Assembly: GCA_964350735.1 (NCBI GenBank) | Contig: CAYGKO010000001.1 | Location: forward strand, 115,339 to 179,338 | Source: an uncultured Candidatus Saccharibacteria bacterium | GTDB lineage: Bacteria > Patescibacteriota > Minisyncoccia > Phycocordibacterales > UBA918 | Length of the DNA stretch: 64,000 nt | Reading direction: 5' to 3' | In this document: piece by piece, positions 29,699 through 40,292 of the stretch | How the letters are laid out: every line of letters starts with the position of its first letter | Numbering within the stretch: position 1 is the stretch's first letter | The notes under the pieces: generated by a model | Database searches by the model: none | What the model was told of the DNA's origin: nothing | What the model saw: the letters and a program-made list of their open reading frames with translations, nothing else | Position numbers and translations under genes: made by a program

Positions 29699-30490
29699 CT
29701 ATGGTTGACTGCACTGAAATCCAGTGACGATTCCCTCTGCGTTCCTAACTTGTTTAGCACCATGACAACCGGTAGGCCTACCCGGGTTACCAGGTTGTCT
29801 GTCTTTAAATGTGCAACCACAAACTCGCTCAGCATAGTCAGCCTGCTTTTCTAGCACATTTTTTAATACCTCCCCTTGAACATCTGCTCCTTGAGAGCCG
29901 TTTAGTGCCGCCTCTTCTTCTTCAGTTAATTCAATAGTTTCAAAATCTTCATCAATCTCTATATTTTGTTCACGCAATCTCTGTGCCTCAGTTTTACTTA
30001 CAGAGCAAGCCCCATCTTCACCAGTAGCAGCACAAAATGATATAACCTCTACTCCTCCCCGCGCATTAAACACACAGCCCGGCTTTGGGTTATTAGGGTC
30101 TGAAGAATCCTTCGGGCTACATATCTCTTCTAAGGCTGTAAAGTCTGTCAGCTTTGGATTAATGGTCTCTAAAATTAACACTGCTCCCAGCACAATCAGT
30201 AACCCTAACAACGCACCTTGAATTTGCTTCTTAGCCGCTCCTTTATCAGTTACCACGTCACTCAACATGTACTGAACACCAGCTAAAATGATTCGGACTA
30301 CCGCTAAGAACGCAGCGACTGAGATAGATAGAATGTAGAGTGCGTTGATGTAGCCAGCGGTAGAGAGATTGTTGGGATCGAGGCCGGGGATGCCGACGAG
30401 TGGTTTATATGAATTGATAGTTTCTTGTCCAAATGTAGCTAGGGGTAAAAAGAATAAAATAAGTAGTAGCAGTAAACGCAAATTGAACAT
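29699..30490 (-). CDS. VirB2/TrbC-like pilin with Cys-rich C-terminal extension (copy B)
   Basis: Same core as copy A, different signal peptide and tail. Confidence 0.7.
   Translation of the reverse strand: MFNLRLLLLLILFFLPLATFGQETINSYKPLVGIPGLDPNNLSTAGYINALYILSISVAAFLAVVRIILAGVQYMLSDVVTDKGAAKKQIQGALLGLLIVLGAVLILETINPKLTDFTALEEICSPKDSSDPNNPKPGCVFNARGGVEVISFCAATGEDGACSVSKTEAQRLREQNIEIDEDFETIELTEEEEAALNGSQGADVQGEVLKNVLEKQADYAERVCGCTFKDRQPGNPGRPTGCHGAKQVRNAEGIVTGFQCSQP
30057..30401. repeat. 345-bp exact direct repeat, copy 2
   Basis: Identical to 28067-28411, offset 1990 bp. Confidence 0.92.
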
Positions 30491-30491
30491 A

Positions 30492-31448
30492 TTAAAAACG
30501 CAGTGTGAAGTTATTTTGAACCCCTTGTAGTAATTGGGTTAAGTTACGAATATGGAATTCAATTTTGAAATTGCCGTTTCCTCCACCATTTTGTAGAGTG
30601 ATAGTTTGTTGATCTTCGTTGGGGTTTTGAATCACTGATCCATTAATTGACCACTCCAGTAATGGGTTGCTTTCAAATATTGATTCATCCATGTAGTACG
30701 GCTCAGCTCGAACATCAACTTCTGGGCCAACCAAGCTGTAGACAGTGGGTACAGAAATCCGGGAGATCCCGCGCAGTGGGTTGTCGGGATAAAAATATAA
30801 TTCTGGCTGCACAGCTGGAATGACGAGGCTGTCGCTCGCAATTACTTCTCCTGTTTGAGTGAGTACATCAACTCCTAATATAGCGTCTCTACCCATCGGC
30901 ATCTGGAATTCTGCTACATGTTTACCTTTAATAGAACCTCCAAATAATACCTTGTTGTTTAAACGCCACACGTATGAGTAGTTTTTAGGGTCGGTACCGT
31001 TAATCTGCGGTAGGGCTACAGCTCGAACAGTACTGTCGGTAGAAGGTAGGGCACGACCTTTGTAGAAACTCGGTGTGAGAGTTTTTGCTTCGATAATTAT
31101 GTCTAGGCGCTGCGGTTGTAGAGTATACGTAACAGGAATAATACGGCCAACACGAGTGGTGATTTCTGCCATTATTTTATTTATTGACCCAGCCACTGGT
31201 GCCACTAGCTCAATAGTTCGATTATTAGCAGCTGGCAATAATTCTTCATCGTCAACAAACCACTTGATACTTCCACCGCTAGTATCGATAGTATAGGCAT
31301 TGAGTGACAGTTCGACAATTTCGCCTGGTTCAGGAAAACGCGGGTCAGCAATAATTGAAATATTTGTCTCGCCAGTCAATGTTTGGGCTGAACCAAAACA
31401 TGGGAATACTAATAATAACAATATAAAAATAGATCGGAATCGATACAT
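30492..31448 (-). CDS. Secreted protein with Ig-like repeats
   Basis: Signal peptide; repeated W..D/NG strands; TPSFYKGRALP. Confidence 0.7.
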   Translation of the reverse strand: MYRFRSIFILLLLVFPCFGSAQTLTGETNISIIADPRFPEPGEIVELSLNAYTIDTSGGSIKWFVDDEELLPAANNRTIELVAPVAGSINKIMAEITTRVGRIIPVTYTLQPQRLDIIIEAKTLTPSFYKGRALPSTDSTVRAVALPQINGTDPKNYSYVWRLNNKVLFGGSIKGKHVAEFQMPMGRDAILGVDVLTQTGEVIASDSLVIPAVQPELYFYPDNPLRGISRISVPTVYSLVGPEVDVRAEPYYMDESIFESNPLLEWSINGSVIQNPNEDQQTITLQNGGGNGNFKIEFHIRNLTQLLQGVQNNFTLRF

Positions 31449-31479
31449 ACTACAAGAATACCATGGGTAAATGCTGCTA

Positions 31480-32193
31480 TTACCTCGTGATGTAGGTAGC
31501 GCCAGCCCAGATAGTAGCCCACGGGAGCATTCCTCCCGAAAGAGGGGCTATAGATAGCGCTAGTAAAATTATAAAAGTGTAGGTACTCATAAAAGTTAGA
31601 AGCTTAATTTTATTCATTACGAGATAAGAAGAACACATACTAAATATCGCGATCAGAGAACTGATAAGCCATCCAACAGCGAAGAAGATATATCCAAAGG
31701 TGGCAGGATCAATAAATAAATCAAGGAAAGGAATATATTCAGTAAGAGTAGTGCCAAAAGCAGCCAGTGCCGCGCCAAATAAACTCATAACCCAAAAAGA
31801 TAAACCTAACTGCCAGCCAAGGAAAGTGATTGGTATAACAATTCGGCCTACAAATAATCTTCTCGCTACACCTCTGGCGAGACGAATCATTATATTTTGT
31901 TTTTCTGATCCCCGCGCCACTTGAGTAAACGAGTTTTGTTGATTTGGCTGTAATAGCCAGTCGTTTACATCATCATGAGATTTTTTTGCTAGTTTTTTTG
32001 TTGAGAGCGTGCGGGCTCCATATTGGACGTGATTGAATTGGCTGCTGATGTCACGCTTATCTAGATTGTCAGCCAACATTTTTGAGCGCAAGCTCATGTT
32101 TTTTCGAACAGCTGCCCGGCCTATCTTTTTAACTTTTTTAACAGCCTTGGATCCAACTACTTGTGCTGTTTCCACAATAAGAGGTGCAGCCAT
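31480..32193 (-). CDS. Hypothetical membrane protein of the T4SS-like locus
   Basis: Basic N-terminal half, several C-terminal TMs. Confidence 0.65.
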   Translation of the reverse strand: MAAPLIVETAQVVGSKAVKKVKKIGRAAVRKNMSLRSKMLADNLDKRDISSQFNHVQYGARTLSTKKLAKKSHDDVNDWLLQPNQQNSFTQVARGSEKQNIMIRLARGVARRLFVGRIVIPITFLGWQLGLSFWVMSLFGAALAAFGTTLTEYIPFLDLFIDPATFGYIFFAVGWLISSLIAIFSMCSSYLVMNKIKLLTFMSTYTFIILLALSIAPLSGGMLPWATIWAGATYITR

Positions 32194-32196
32194 ATA

Positions 32197-34008
32197 TTAT
32201 TGTTGTGCTGCTTGGAGTTCCTCGCGGGCCTTTTTGATTTGTAAAATCTGAGACGGGTCAGAAGTGATGATTTGGTCCTCGGTGTAACTGGCGATTACTT
32301 TGATAGCGACGTGTTTAAGACCAGCAAAGAAGATCCCCTCTCCGACCCCTGATTCGAGCAAGAGTAGTTTTTCTTCGTCAGTGAGATTGAAGGTATTTTG
32401 AATGTTGTCGATCGCGGTCGGCGATTGCTTCATAAGAAGTTGTAGTGATGAGTTGGTGATCATTGGGACTCCATACGGTGAGCGCAAGAAGTCATCGACA
32501 TCTTGAGTGATGGTTGAGAGACCAAGATAATATTTTCGCCCTCGCTTTGCTAACATAAATAAGAAAGAGGCTGTGTCTTCACTTTTCATCATCCACCATG
32601 CCTCGTCAATTACCAATAAGCGCTTAGTCAGACGTCGTCTGATAGCACTCCAAATATGATTAGTGATTATGTACATCGCCACTGTTTTAAGTTCGTCTTC
32701 CATGTCTCGAAGGCTGAACACTACAAACTTTTGGTTTACGTCGACATTGGTTGCTTTGTTCATGAAGCCCGACCACGTACCAGAAGTGTACTTTTGTAGT
32801 CGAGAGATTAATGAAGAGCTCCCTTCCATTCCGGCCAATACCATCTCAAAATCAGTTAACAGTGGAGGTTCAAGATCAGCAAAGTTACTGTCACCAGTGA
32901 TGTCTTTAAGGGCGTAGGTTTCTCGGAGAGCAGTATCAACAATGGTTTCTTCTTCTGGTGATAGTCCCCCGAGCATTAGGCGGAATAGACCGATGAGTTC
33001 GATGATGTGTGAGCGTAATACATCATCAGGATTTTCATCTGGTTGCGGGGCTGGCAAATCAAACGGATTGATATGATGCGAGGAAGAAAGTGAAATATTA
33101 AAGAATCGGCCACCAGTAGATTCTGCCAGGTATTCATATTCACGCTCCGGATCAATCACGATCACTTCAGTTCCAAACATCAGTGAACGAAGAATTTCAA
33201 GTTTAGTTGTGTATGACTTCCCGGCTCCAGAAGTCGCAAAAGTTACCGAGTTGTAGTTAGTGAGTTGGTAACGATCAAAAAGAACGAGACTCGAGTTGTG
33301 ACGATTAATGCCGTACAAAATACCGGTGTCTGAAGTCAGGTCAAATGAAGTGAAGGGAAAGAAACTAGAAAGCGGTGAAGAATTGAATTTGCTGTGCACC
33401 AATAGCTCGTCAGTCATAGTCGGAATGATACTCTTCATTCCTTGCTCTTGTTGGAAAAGCGCTGGCTTTAGATACACCAAGCGTGAGTCGAGCATTCCTT
33501 TTAATTCAGCTTCGGTCTTATTTAATTCAGCTTCGTCTTCACTATGAATAGCGATATAGAGACCGACATTAAATAATTTTTCCTCGGCTTGTTGGAGTTT
33601 ATCCCGCAGATCTTCCAAGTTTCGGTAGGCTGCTTCAAGTTGTGGGTCACGGACCATCCCCCGTTCGGCATTGGTATTGATCTGGCTTTGTACCTCAGCT
33701 ACTTTTTTCTGAAATTTCTTTAACGTATCAGCCGTATCAATGGGGTGAATCACGATTGAGACATCCATTTCACGTTCTAGATTAAGGATGGGTTCGAGCC
33801 AGCCATCATTCAGGTAACGAGGATATGAAATGGCAAAAAATACTCGTGAAAGCGTCCCGCTAATATTAATACTGCGGGGATTTATATTTACGGCTGAAGG
33901 GGCAATAACATCTTCAAGCGTCATTAGGGCGTTGTCACCAATATCTACGGTGTCATCAGGGTTGGTAGATGCTGGTTTCTTTGGTTGTAAAAAATCTAAG
34001 AAAGCCAT
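32197..34008 (-). CDS. VirB4-like ATPase (DUF87/TraC family)
   Basis: ATSGAGKS, IDPEREY, INPFD, IDEAW, RGRKY, TQD. Confidence 0.9.
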   Translation of the reverse strand: MAFLDFLQPKKPASTNPDDTVDIGDNALMTLEDVIAPSAVNINPRSINISGTLSRVFFAISYPRYLNDGWLEPILNLEREMDVSIVIHPIDTADTLKKFQKKVAEVQSQINTNAERGMVRDPQLEAAYRNLEDLRDKLQQAEEKLFNVGLYIAIHSEDEAELNKTEAELKGMLDSRLVYLKPALFQQEQGMKSIIPTMTDELLVHSKFNSSPLSSFFPFTSFDLTSDTGILYGINRHNSSLVLFDRYQLTNYNSVTFATSGAGKSYTTKLEILRSLMFGTEVIVIDPEREYEYLAESTGGRFFNISLSSSHHINPFDLPAPQPDENPDDVLRSHIIELIGLFRLMLGGLSPEEETIVDTALRETYALKDITGDSNFADLEPPLLTDFEMVLAGMEGSSSLISRLQKYTSGTWSGFMNKATNVDVNQKFVVFSLRDMEDELKTVAMYIITNHIWSAIRRRLTKRLLVIDEAWWMMKSEDTASFLFMLAKRGRKYYLGLSTITQDVDDFLRSPYGVPMITNSSLQLLMKQSPTAIDNIQNTFNLTDEEKLLLLESGVGEGIFFAGLKHVAIKVIASYTEDQIITSDPSQILQIKKAREELQAAQQ

Positions 34009-34010
34009 AT

Positions 34011-34652
34011 TTATTGGTTGGGGGCGTTACCTGCAATATCGCCGGGATTGAAGATATGATAGTAGAGTTCAACTAATTCTTCGTTTTGTAAGGCGACAGT
34101 TTTAACACCAACTCGGTTGAGTCCTTGTTCGACGACAGTGACTCGTTGTTCTAGCTGAGTACGATGCTCTGCAAATGACTGATCTTCAATCACTACATTT
34201 TTCTTGGCCCCAAATAGGCTGCTAATATTGGACTTGAGATTGATATCAACTGGTGTATACGGAATTACTACAAAGAAGTTCTTGGTCATGATATCAACTT
34301 CGCTAGTGAATGTTTTCACAAACTGCATATACTCTCGGAGCTGAATCTTCATGAGGTCGTTATATTGATCATCTTCTCGGGCTGCTAACAGTCCAAGATA
34401 CGGCTTGATGTCTAGTCGTCGTGACTGCACGTAAATCTGTAATGAAAAATCAATGGTGTTTAAAAATGATTGAAACTGTCGCAAAATAGAAGCTTGTTCA
34501 TCAAGAGACTTAAGGGCAAAGTTGATAGAAGAGGCTAAGAGCACCATGTTCATCTGTCCGTTTTTTAAGACCACCACCCCATCACGAATATCTTGCACGG
34601 GGACAAACTGTTGGGTGGAAGCTTGATTTTGAGTTTTTGTTTTTGCAGGCAT
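34011..34652 (-). CDS. VirB4 N-terminal-like partner (split TraC)
   Basis: INFALKS..EQ...FQSFLN...QI; lies between PrgI and VirB4. Confidence 0.7.
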   Translation of the reverse strand: MPAKTKTQNQASTQQFVPVQDIRDGVVVLKNGQMNMVLLASSINFALKSLDEQASILRQFQSFLNTIDFSLQIYVQSRRLDIKPYLGLLAAREDDQYNDLMKIQLREYMQFVKTFTSEVDIMTKNFFVVIPYTPVDINLKSNISSLFGAKKNVVIEDQSFAEHRTQLEQRVTVVEQGLNRVGVKTVALQNEELVELYYHIFNPGDIAGNAPNQ

Positions 34653-34653
34653 A

Positions 34654-35061
34654 TTATTTTTCTTGTTGCAGGGCTTGCAGTTCTAACTTGCGAGATAGCG
34701 AGTGGATATTACTACCTGACGTTGGTGGAACGTACGAAGCGATTGGAGTATTTCCAGTGTCTTCATTGTTGTAGAGGACGTCGGTTTTTTTTCGCCATAA
34801 GTATAAACGACTAGTACTGAAGTATTGTAAGGCGGCTTCTAAGAAGACTGAAAATGGGCGGTTATTGACTGGGTAAAACGCCAACAGAAACGCTAGGCCA
34901 GCGATTGGTAGTCCTAGTAAAACAAATACGATGAAATTAGTGGTCAAAAATAGTACTACCGCGATACCAGCCCCACCCATTAGGTAGACGAATTGCTTCC
35001 AAGTGAATGGACCAAAAATCTTATCCTCAATTTCAATAAATTGTGGTACCTCAAATCGCAT
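34654..35061 (-). CDS. PrgI (VirB3-like) family protein
   Basis: VPQFIEIEDKIFGPFTWKQF, two TMs, NNRPF. Confidence 0.85.
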   Translation of the reverse strand: MRFEVPQFIEIEDKIFGPFTWKQFVYLMGGAGIAVVLFLTTNFIVFVLLGLPIAGLAFLLAFYPVNNRPFSVFLEAALQYFSTSRLYLWRKKTDVLYNNEDTGNTPIASYVPPTSGSNIHSLSRKLELQALQQEK

Positions 35062-35124
35062 AATCGTACCACTATTATACATGGCTAACGCGGGTGGAAG
35101 CTTTGCTTCCACCCGCGTTATCCC

Positions 35125-35670
35125 CTACTCTTCTCCTTCAGTATACGACGGGGGTTTCGCCAGTCGGTCTTTTTGCAAAGCATCAGTTTGAGTACTGCTG
35201 TGCACCACCTCAGTCTCTGCTTCGTAGGCGGCATTAGCTTGTTTCAAAGCTCCATAACCGTGCACTTTTTTCATATCGTCTGACATGGTGCGGAGTGGTG
35301 TAATTCCAATTTCATCACTAGGGTTTGCAGTTCTGATAGTCGCTTTTTTATTGTTATTTTCTTCAGTTAGAAGAGGTTCAGATTCTATTCTGATCCCAGC
35401 TACATCTACTGATAGAGGAATTTTTATTAATTTTTCTAAAAATTCCTCCAGGTCATTTATTACCGATTTCTCAAGATTAATTTCATCAAAAGCAGATGAA
35501 TCACTGATACCTAAGACCCTGTCTGTGATAGTGTTTGTTATATCTATCCTAGAGTCTTGTGGTATCGCATGTTTTTCTAAAAATTCACTTATTTTATTGC
35601 TGTCAATAAAGTCTTGCACCGCTTGCGGGGCGTTTTGATAAGCCTTTGAAAATGTGTTCCAGTCTGACAT
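35125..35670 (-). CDS. Hypothetical protein
   Basis: In operon; PLRTMSDDM motif. Confidence 0.65.
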   Translation of the reverse strand: MSDWNTFSKAYQNAPQAVQDFIDSNKISEFLEKHAIPQDSRIDITNTITDRVLGISDSSAFDEINLEKSVINDLEEFLEKLIKIPLSVDVAGIRIESEPLLTEENNNKKATIRTANPSDEIGITPLRTMSDDMKKVHGYGALKQANAAYEAETEVVHSSTQTDALQKDRLAKPPSYTEGEE

Positions 35671-35680
35671 AGTTAATTAT

Positions 35681-37762
35681 TTAGGGTGAAAACCCTGCGA
35701 TAGCAAATTGACCACCATAAGAATTTCCAGTGACCCAACCACGCCAAGCACTTCGAACACTTCCTGGAGCAGTATCATAATAAGGTTGGAATTCTGCGAC
35801 TATTGATGCTAATTCAGGAGTAGATAAACCATTCTTCATTCTTTCTTGCAAGATTGCCGGTGTTAGGTATGGGTACATTGCATTTTTTGTGAATACTTCA
35901 GGGTCAATCTTACCAGCCTCTTCGTTACTCCGCGCAAACACATCACTATGTGTAATACCATGAGTCGTACTTCCAGGAGCAGCGCTAGCAACAGCAATAA
36001 ATGCATCGTTTCTCGCTTTTTTTAGACTATTTTTATCTGGGTCAGCCAGATCAAGGTCATCAATTTGTTTTGCCGATAGAGTGACAGCATTTTTTGGTTT
36101 AACCAACTCTGTAAGTGGAATAGATCCAAGCTTATCTTTACTGAGTTTACCAACATTTTTAGGCCCACTTGCTGTGCCAACAGTAGCTAGAACACCCTCT
36201 CCCCGTTTTGTCGCTAGCTGATTTCGGAATTCATCATCCAGCTGATCATTATCCATGAGAGATTTAACGTGGTCTCCTTTAAGAATGGCAGCATTTGCAA
36301 TAAGTGTTGCCCTACCATCGGCTGTTTCAGCCAGCTCTTTAATCTGGGCAGAACTTGCATTATAGAGGGCGCGTTCACGGACATCCTGATCGCTACTTCC
36401 TAAGTCTTTACGCAGGTCTCCAACAGCGATGCTTCGAGTTGCGCGCTGACGCCGTTCTGTACTTTGCTTCTCTACGTCAGCGCGCCCGAGACCACCACCA
36501 GCTTTATAGTCTCGAGCCGCGGTGAGGCCACGCCGAGTAGATTCACCACCTAATAAGGTGCGAGTTACTTTTGCTGTGGTACTACCACTTTCGGCAGCTC
36601 TATCCATACGATCCCAAAGATTGCGGACACCACCAGCAGGTAAGCCAACACCAGTTCGGTAGGCTGCCCCAGCAGCTGCTCCTCGTGCTGCATTACCAGC
36701 GCTTTTCAGGGCACCTAAGGTTGCTCCAGCGGCTGAAGAGCCCATTTTTTGGGCTATCATCATAGAAGCAATCATAAATCCAGCGGCTACAAAGAGCATA
36801 AGGAAAGCTCCAAAACTGCCATTGGCCGTATAGCCATCTTCAAAAGTAGATCCTTGTAGAGGCATTGCACGCAGAACGTTTAGTGAAATAAACATCATGA
36901 AAAGAAAAGCTGGCGCGATGAAAGCGTGTTTAAAAAATTCTGACCACCAGTATGATTGCGCTCGTTCTAATTTTGGAAAGATAAATCCAGCAAACATAAG
37001 CGGCGAAAAAATCATGAACACAATCAGCATTACAAACCGCTTCACTAAGATTAGGGCAGCGGTGGCAAAAATGAGTCCAATAATGATCATAAAAATCATC
37101 ATTAAAAATCCATACACGATTACCTTTACAGACAACCAATCAGCCTCACCACTCATCTTGCTGGCTATAGCCCCTTTATCAAATGAGCTAAACCCAAGAA
37201 CGTTCATGATTCCTCCAGAGATGCTTTTACCAGCCTCAGCTTCACCAGTTCCGATAGTTTGCCCATTGATTGTGTAACTACCAGTGATAGTAATTTGGTC
37301 GTAAATTTGGGTAGCTGCGATATTTGAAAAATCTATTATAGTTTTTGTTATTAACAAGCTGAAGTTAATAAGCAGGGCTGCAATAATAAGTTTTCCTAAT
37401 AATTTACGAGTATCTGCTTTACCTGAATCAAGAATAGTTTGAATACCAATATAGACTAACGCAAAAATAAAGAGCATATTGAGTAAATCACGCACAACTA
37501 CCCAAAGTTGATCCACTGCAACACCAACAGTAGCAGTTAAGGTGTCACCCATTTTAATAACTAGTTCAAGTATAGCGAAATCCAACAATGTCCCTCCCAA
37601 CCAAACTACAGCTCCTCCAATACCAATAAAAATAAACCAAAAAAAACTTTCAATTACTGTGCCTGCCCACGAAGTGGCGGCTGCAATTTGTGGCACAGTG
37701 GCACAAAAGAATAGAACAAGTGTGGGAAGTAGGTATTTTGTTTTTTTAGAATTTAAAAACAT
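35681..37762 (-). CDS. VirB6-like polytopic membrane protein with soluble tail
   Basis: W.VVRDLLN, AALLINFSL...IIDFSN, FSPL, WW motifs. Confidence 0.75.
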   Translation of the reverse strand: MFLNSKKTKYLLPTLVLFFCATVPQIAAATSWAGTVIESFFWFIFIGIGGAVVWLGGTLLDFAILELVIKMGDTLTATVGVAVDQLWVVVRDLLNMLFIFALVYIGIQTILDSGKADTRKLLGKLIIAALLINFSLLITKTIIDFSNIAATQIYDQITITGSYTINGQTIGTGEAEAGKSISGGIMNVLGFSSFDKGAIASKMSGEADWLSVKVIVYGFLMMIFMIIIGLIFATAALILVKRFVMLIVFMIFSPLMFAGFIFPKLERAQSYWWSEFFKHAFIAPAFLFMMFISLNVLRAMPLQGSTFEDGYTANGSFGAFLMLFVAAGFMIASMMIAQKMGSSAAGATLGALKSAGNAARGAAAGAAYRTGVGLPAGGVRNLWDRMDRAAESGSTTAKVTRTLLGGESTRRGLTAARDYKAGGGLGRADVEKQSTERRQRATRSIAVGDLRKDLGSSDQDVRERALYNASSAQIKELAETADGRATLIANAAILKGDHVKSLMDNDQLDDEFRNQLATKRGEGVLATVGTASGPKNVGKLSKDKLGSIPLTELVKPKNAVTLSAKQIDDLDLADPDKNSLKKARNDAFIAVASAAPGSTTHGITHSDVFARSNEEAGKIDPEVFTKNAMYPYLTPAILQERMKNGLSTPELASIVAEFQPYYDTAPGSVRSAWRGWVTGNSYGGQFAIAGFSP

Positions 37763-37763
37763 A

Positions 37764-39329
37764 CTATAAACCAGAGAGGGTACATGCTGTACGTCCAACC
37801 TCGATCGCTTCTTCAAGCTCATCTTGGGCATTTTGTAATTCGTTCTCAATAAAGAGTTCGGTCACAACCAAGTCCACATCGTTTTTAATGGCCCCAGCTT
37901 GCACTAAGTCGAAGTAACGATTAAAGGCCACTTGCTGAGCCGCTGAGCTGGTGGCGGCTTCAAATTGTGACTTAATGCTATTTTCACCCCCAAGTTCATT
38001 TAAGGCCATTTCTGCAAGACTAATTTCTTGCTGGGCTTCAATACTGTGGTTAGCAAGTACCTGGAATCGATTGCGGATGGTTGGAATCTCATTGGCGAAA
38101 CAATTCAAAATACCAGTTTGCTCTTCCCCGTTTTCATCAAGGAGGGGCTCGTTAGTATTTGGATCTCTAATTACAATCGTAAATTGAGCGATAGCCTGTT
38201 CAATCTCTATGAGAGAAGACTGTACTTCTCCTCGAATTCTTTCTTGGAGTTGAATATTACGCCGTTCAACTGCAATCGATTCATCGATACTGAGTGCGTT
38301 TCCAACTACTTCGTTATTATTTATAGTTTCTTGCTCTAAAGCCGTTAAGTAATTACGTCCGCTACTTCCTGCAAATGAGGTGTCTTCGTAGCTACTCCCT
38401 CCCATGCCGAGCAGTCCGTAGGCGCCAGTCAACGCTTGTTGCGCTAGTTGCGCAAACAAAGCTCCGATGATCTCATTGATTTCATCCGCTTCGATGAGGG
38501 CTAAAGATCCCGTTTGTAATTCAAATGTCAGTTGATCAGAAATGATTTTTCCTGGGGTGGTGGTTTTACAATCCTCTTTCCCACCCGCTGCACTATCGGC
38601 GTTTTCACAAAATTCTAAGTTAAGGAAGAAATCGTTAGCAGCGAGTAGTTCCAACTTTTTCCCCTCGGCATTTTGTAAGCGAATACCCATTTCAGTACTA
38701 GCAGCTAACACTGCACCAGTTGGGTTGCTGGAAGGGTTTTGGGTTAGTTCAAACCAAGCTGGCCACCCACCTTGTGAAAAATCACCACCAAGGAAACCTT
38801 CTATATTGTCAGTAATTTCTGAGATGGTACATTGTGGTTGATAGTCGCGAGATTGTTGGTATTGGAGTGAAAGGGCAATCCGAACATCAAGCTCAAACGG
38901 GCTACATAAGAAACCAAGTTCAGTGCCATAAATGAAATCTCCGGCTACTTGATCAGCCACATCTAATAAAAATCCATCGAGGTCGGTTACAAAAGCCGGG
39001 CTACCTTGGAAGCCCGAGTTAATCCAATTAAGAATACTGGAGGTCACACCTTTAAGGACGGTTTTCATCAAACCAAAGGCAATACCATCGAGCGTAAGCT
39101 CTTTAATATTGAGGGCAGTCTGGAGACCAGTTTGGACAGTTTCAGCTGCAGCACTGATGGTTGATTCAACTGACGTTTTAATATTTGTTCCAAGGTTGGC
39201 GCTGTCTATTACTGAGAGTGCGGCGTGGGTCGTTTGCACAGATCCGTTATATGAAAATGGAGTTAAAAACAATGCAATTGTAATAAGCAGAAGAATACTT
39301 TTTTTGGTTTTTTGTATTGTTCTAAACAT
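37764..39329 (-). CDS. Secreted helical protein, possibly VirB5/TrbJ-like
   Basis: Signal peptide then LSVIDSANL; WINSGFQGSPAFV; TPG.II. Confidence 0.55.
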   Translation of the reverse strand: MFRTIQKTKKSILLLITIALFLTPFSYNGSVQTTHAALSVIDSANLGTNIKTSVESTISAAAETVQTGLQTALNIKELTLDGIAFGLMKTVLKGVTSSILNWINSGFQGSPAFVTDLDGFLLDVADQVAGDFIYGTELGFLCSPFELDVRIALSLQYQQSRDYQPQCTISEITDNIEGFLGGDFSQGGWPAWFELTQNPSSNPTGAVLAASTEMGIRLQNAEGKKLELLAANDFFLNLEFCENADSAAGGKEDCKTTTPGKIISDQLTFELQTGSLALIEADEINEIIGALFAQLAQQALTGAYGLLGMGGSSYEDTSFAGSSGRNYLTALEQETINNNEVVGNALSIDESIAVERRNIQLQERIRGEVQSSLIEIEQAIAQFTIVIRDPNTNEPLLDENGEEQTGILNCFANEIPTIRNRFQVLANHSIEAQQEISLAEMALNELGGENSIKSQFEAATSSAAQQVAFNRYFDLVQAGAIKNDVDLVVTELFIENELQNAQDELEEAIEVGRTACTLSGL

Positions 39330-39331
39330 AT

Positions 39332-40222
39332 TTATTCGATACTGCTAGGGAAAGATACTACCCTCTCTGTGCTGTCGGTTTGATCAAATCTTGCTCCAGC
39401 TTCATAAGCAGCATCAAAGACACCAGTAAAAGCAAAAAATAATTTTGTCGCATCATCTTGATATCGCTGCAGTCGGAGCAGCGTATACAAAGGATCTTCA
39501 AATGCTAATTTCATTGCTTCTACGTTTGTCAAAATTATTTGGTATACGTTGAGTAGATCGAGGTGTTCGTTCACTAGTTCGTTGGGAACTGGGGTACGTT
39601 TCATCTCGATCACCATTCCTTGATACGAATCAATAATGACATCTAATTCATTTAGTACTTCAGGGTTTGAACGCTGGATAGCTCTCTCCAAAATCAGCAC
39701 TTCATTTGGGGTATCTGCAGGAATTCCGTTTCTTATAGTTATATCGGCGATCTCGTTTGCGTAGGTCCGGGCTAGTTCGGGTGTTGTATTTGGCAAAATT
39801 ATTATGTCACCTCGACTAAATAATGTGTCGCTTTGCGCATCACGGACGAGGTCAGAGTTTGCTTGGGCAATTAATTCTTCTGGTGTGTCACCAAACTCAC
39901 CAAACTTTTTGTTCTGAACAATTTGCTGAAAAAAGTCCACAGCAAATTGTCCGGTGACAGTGGTTGGAGCTTCATAGGTTGAAGTCGCTATACTATCGAG
40001 TTTGATAGGCTCTTCTGTTCGAAGGGCTTCTTGCCAGTCTGGCACCCCGTTGTTATTTTTATCGTTGCTGCCAATGTAGTTGCGCAGCGGTTGATCACTT
40101 TTTGCGACCACTAACCCAGTTGGAGTACTTTCTATCTCGGCACGATTAAAATGCGTGTATGCGAATGAACCACATACTAGTAATACTCCAAAGACAACTG
40201 CTCCAAAAATGCGTGGATTCAT
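39332..40222 (-). CDS. Membrane-anchored protein with DxNxNG.PDWQE calcium-binding-like motif
   Basis: N-terminal TM; DKNNNGVPDWQE. Confidence 0.65.
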   Translation of the reverse strand: MNPRIFGAVVFGVLLVCGSFAYTHFNRAEIESTPTGLVVAKSDQPLRNYIGSNDKNNNGVPDWQEALRTEEPIKLDSIATSTYEAPTTVTGQFAVDFFQQIVQNKKFGEFGDTPEELIAQANSDLVRDAQSDTLFSRGDIIILPNTTPELARTYANEIADITIRNGIPADTPNEVLILERAIQRSNPEVLNELDVIIDSYQGMVIEMKRTPVPNELVNEHLDLLNVYQIILTNVEAMKLAFEDPLYTLLRLQRYQDDATKLFFAFTGVFDAAYEAGARFDQTDSTERVVSFPSSIE

Positions 40223-40292
40223 AGTTCCCAGTTACGTACCTAGTATAACAGTGGGCACTCTTCTATATATATGTATACGAATCAATCTGTGA

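Noticed and set aside
27667-40222. Integrative conjugative element
   Set aside because: No relaxase, integrase or boundaries; fits the chromosomal CPR locus
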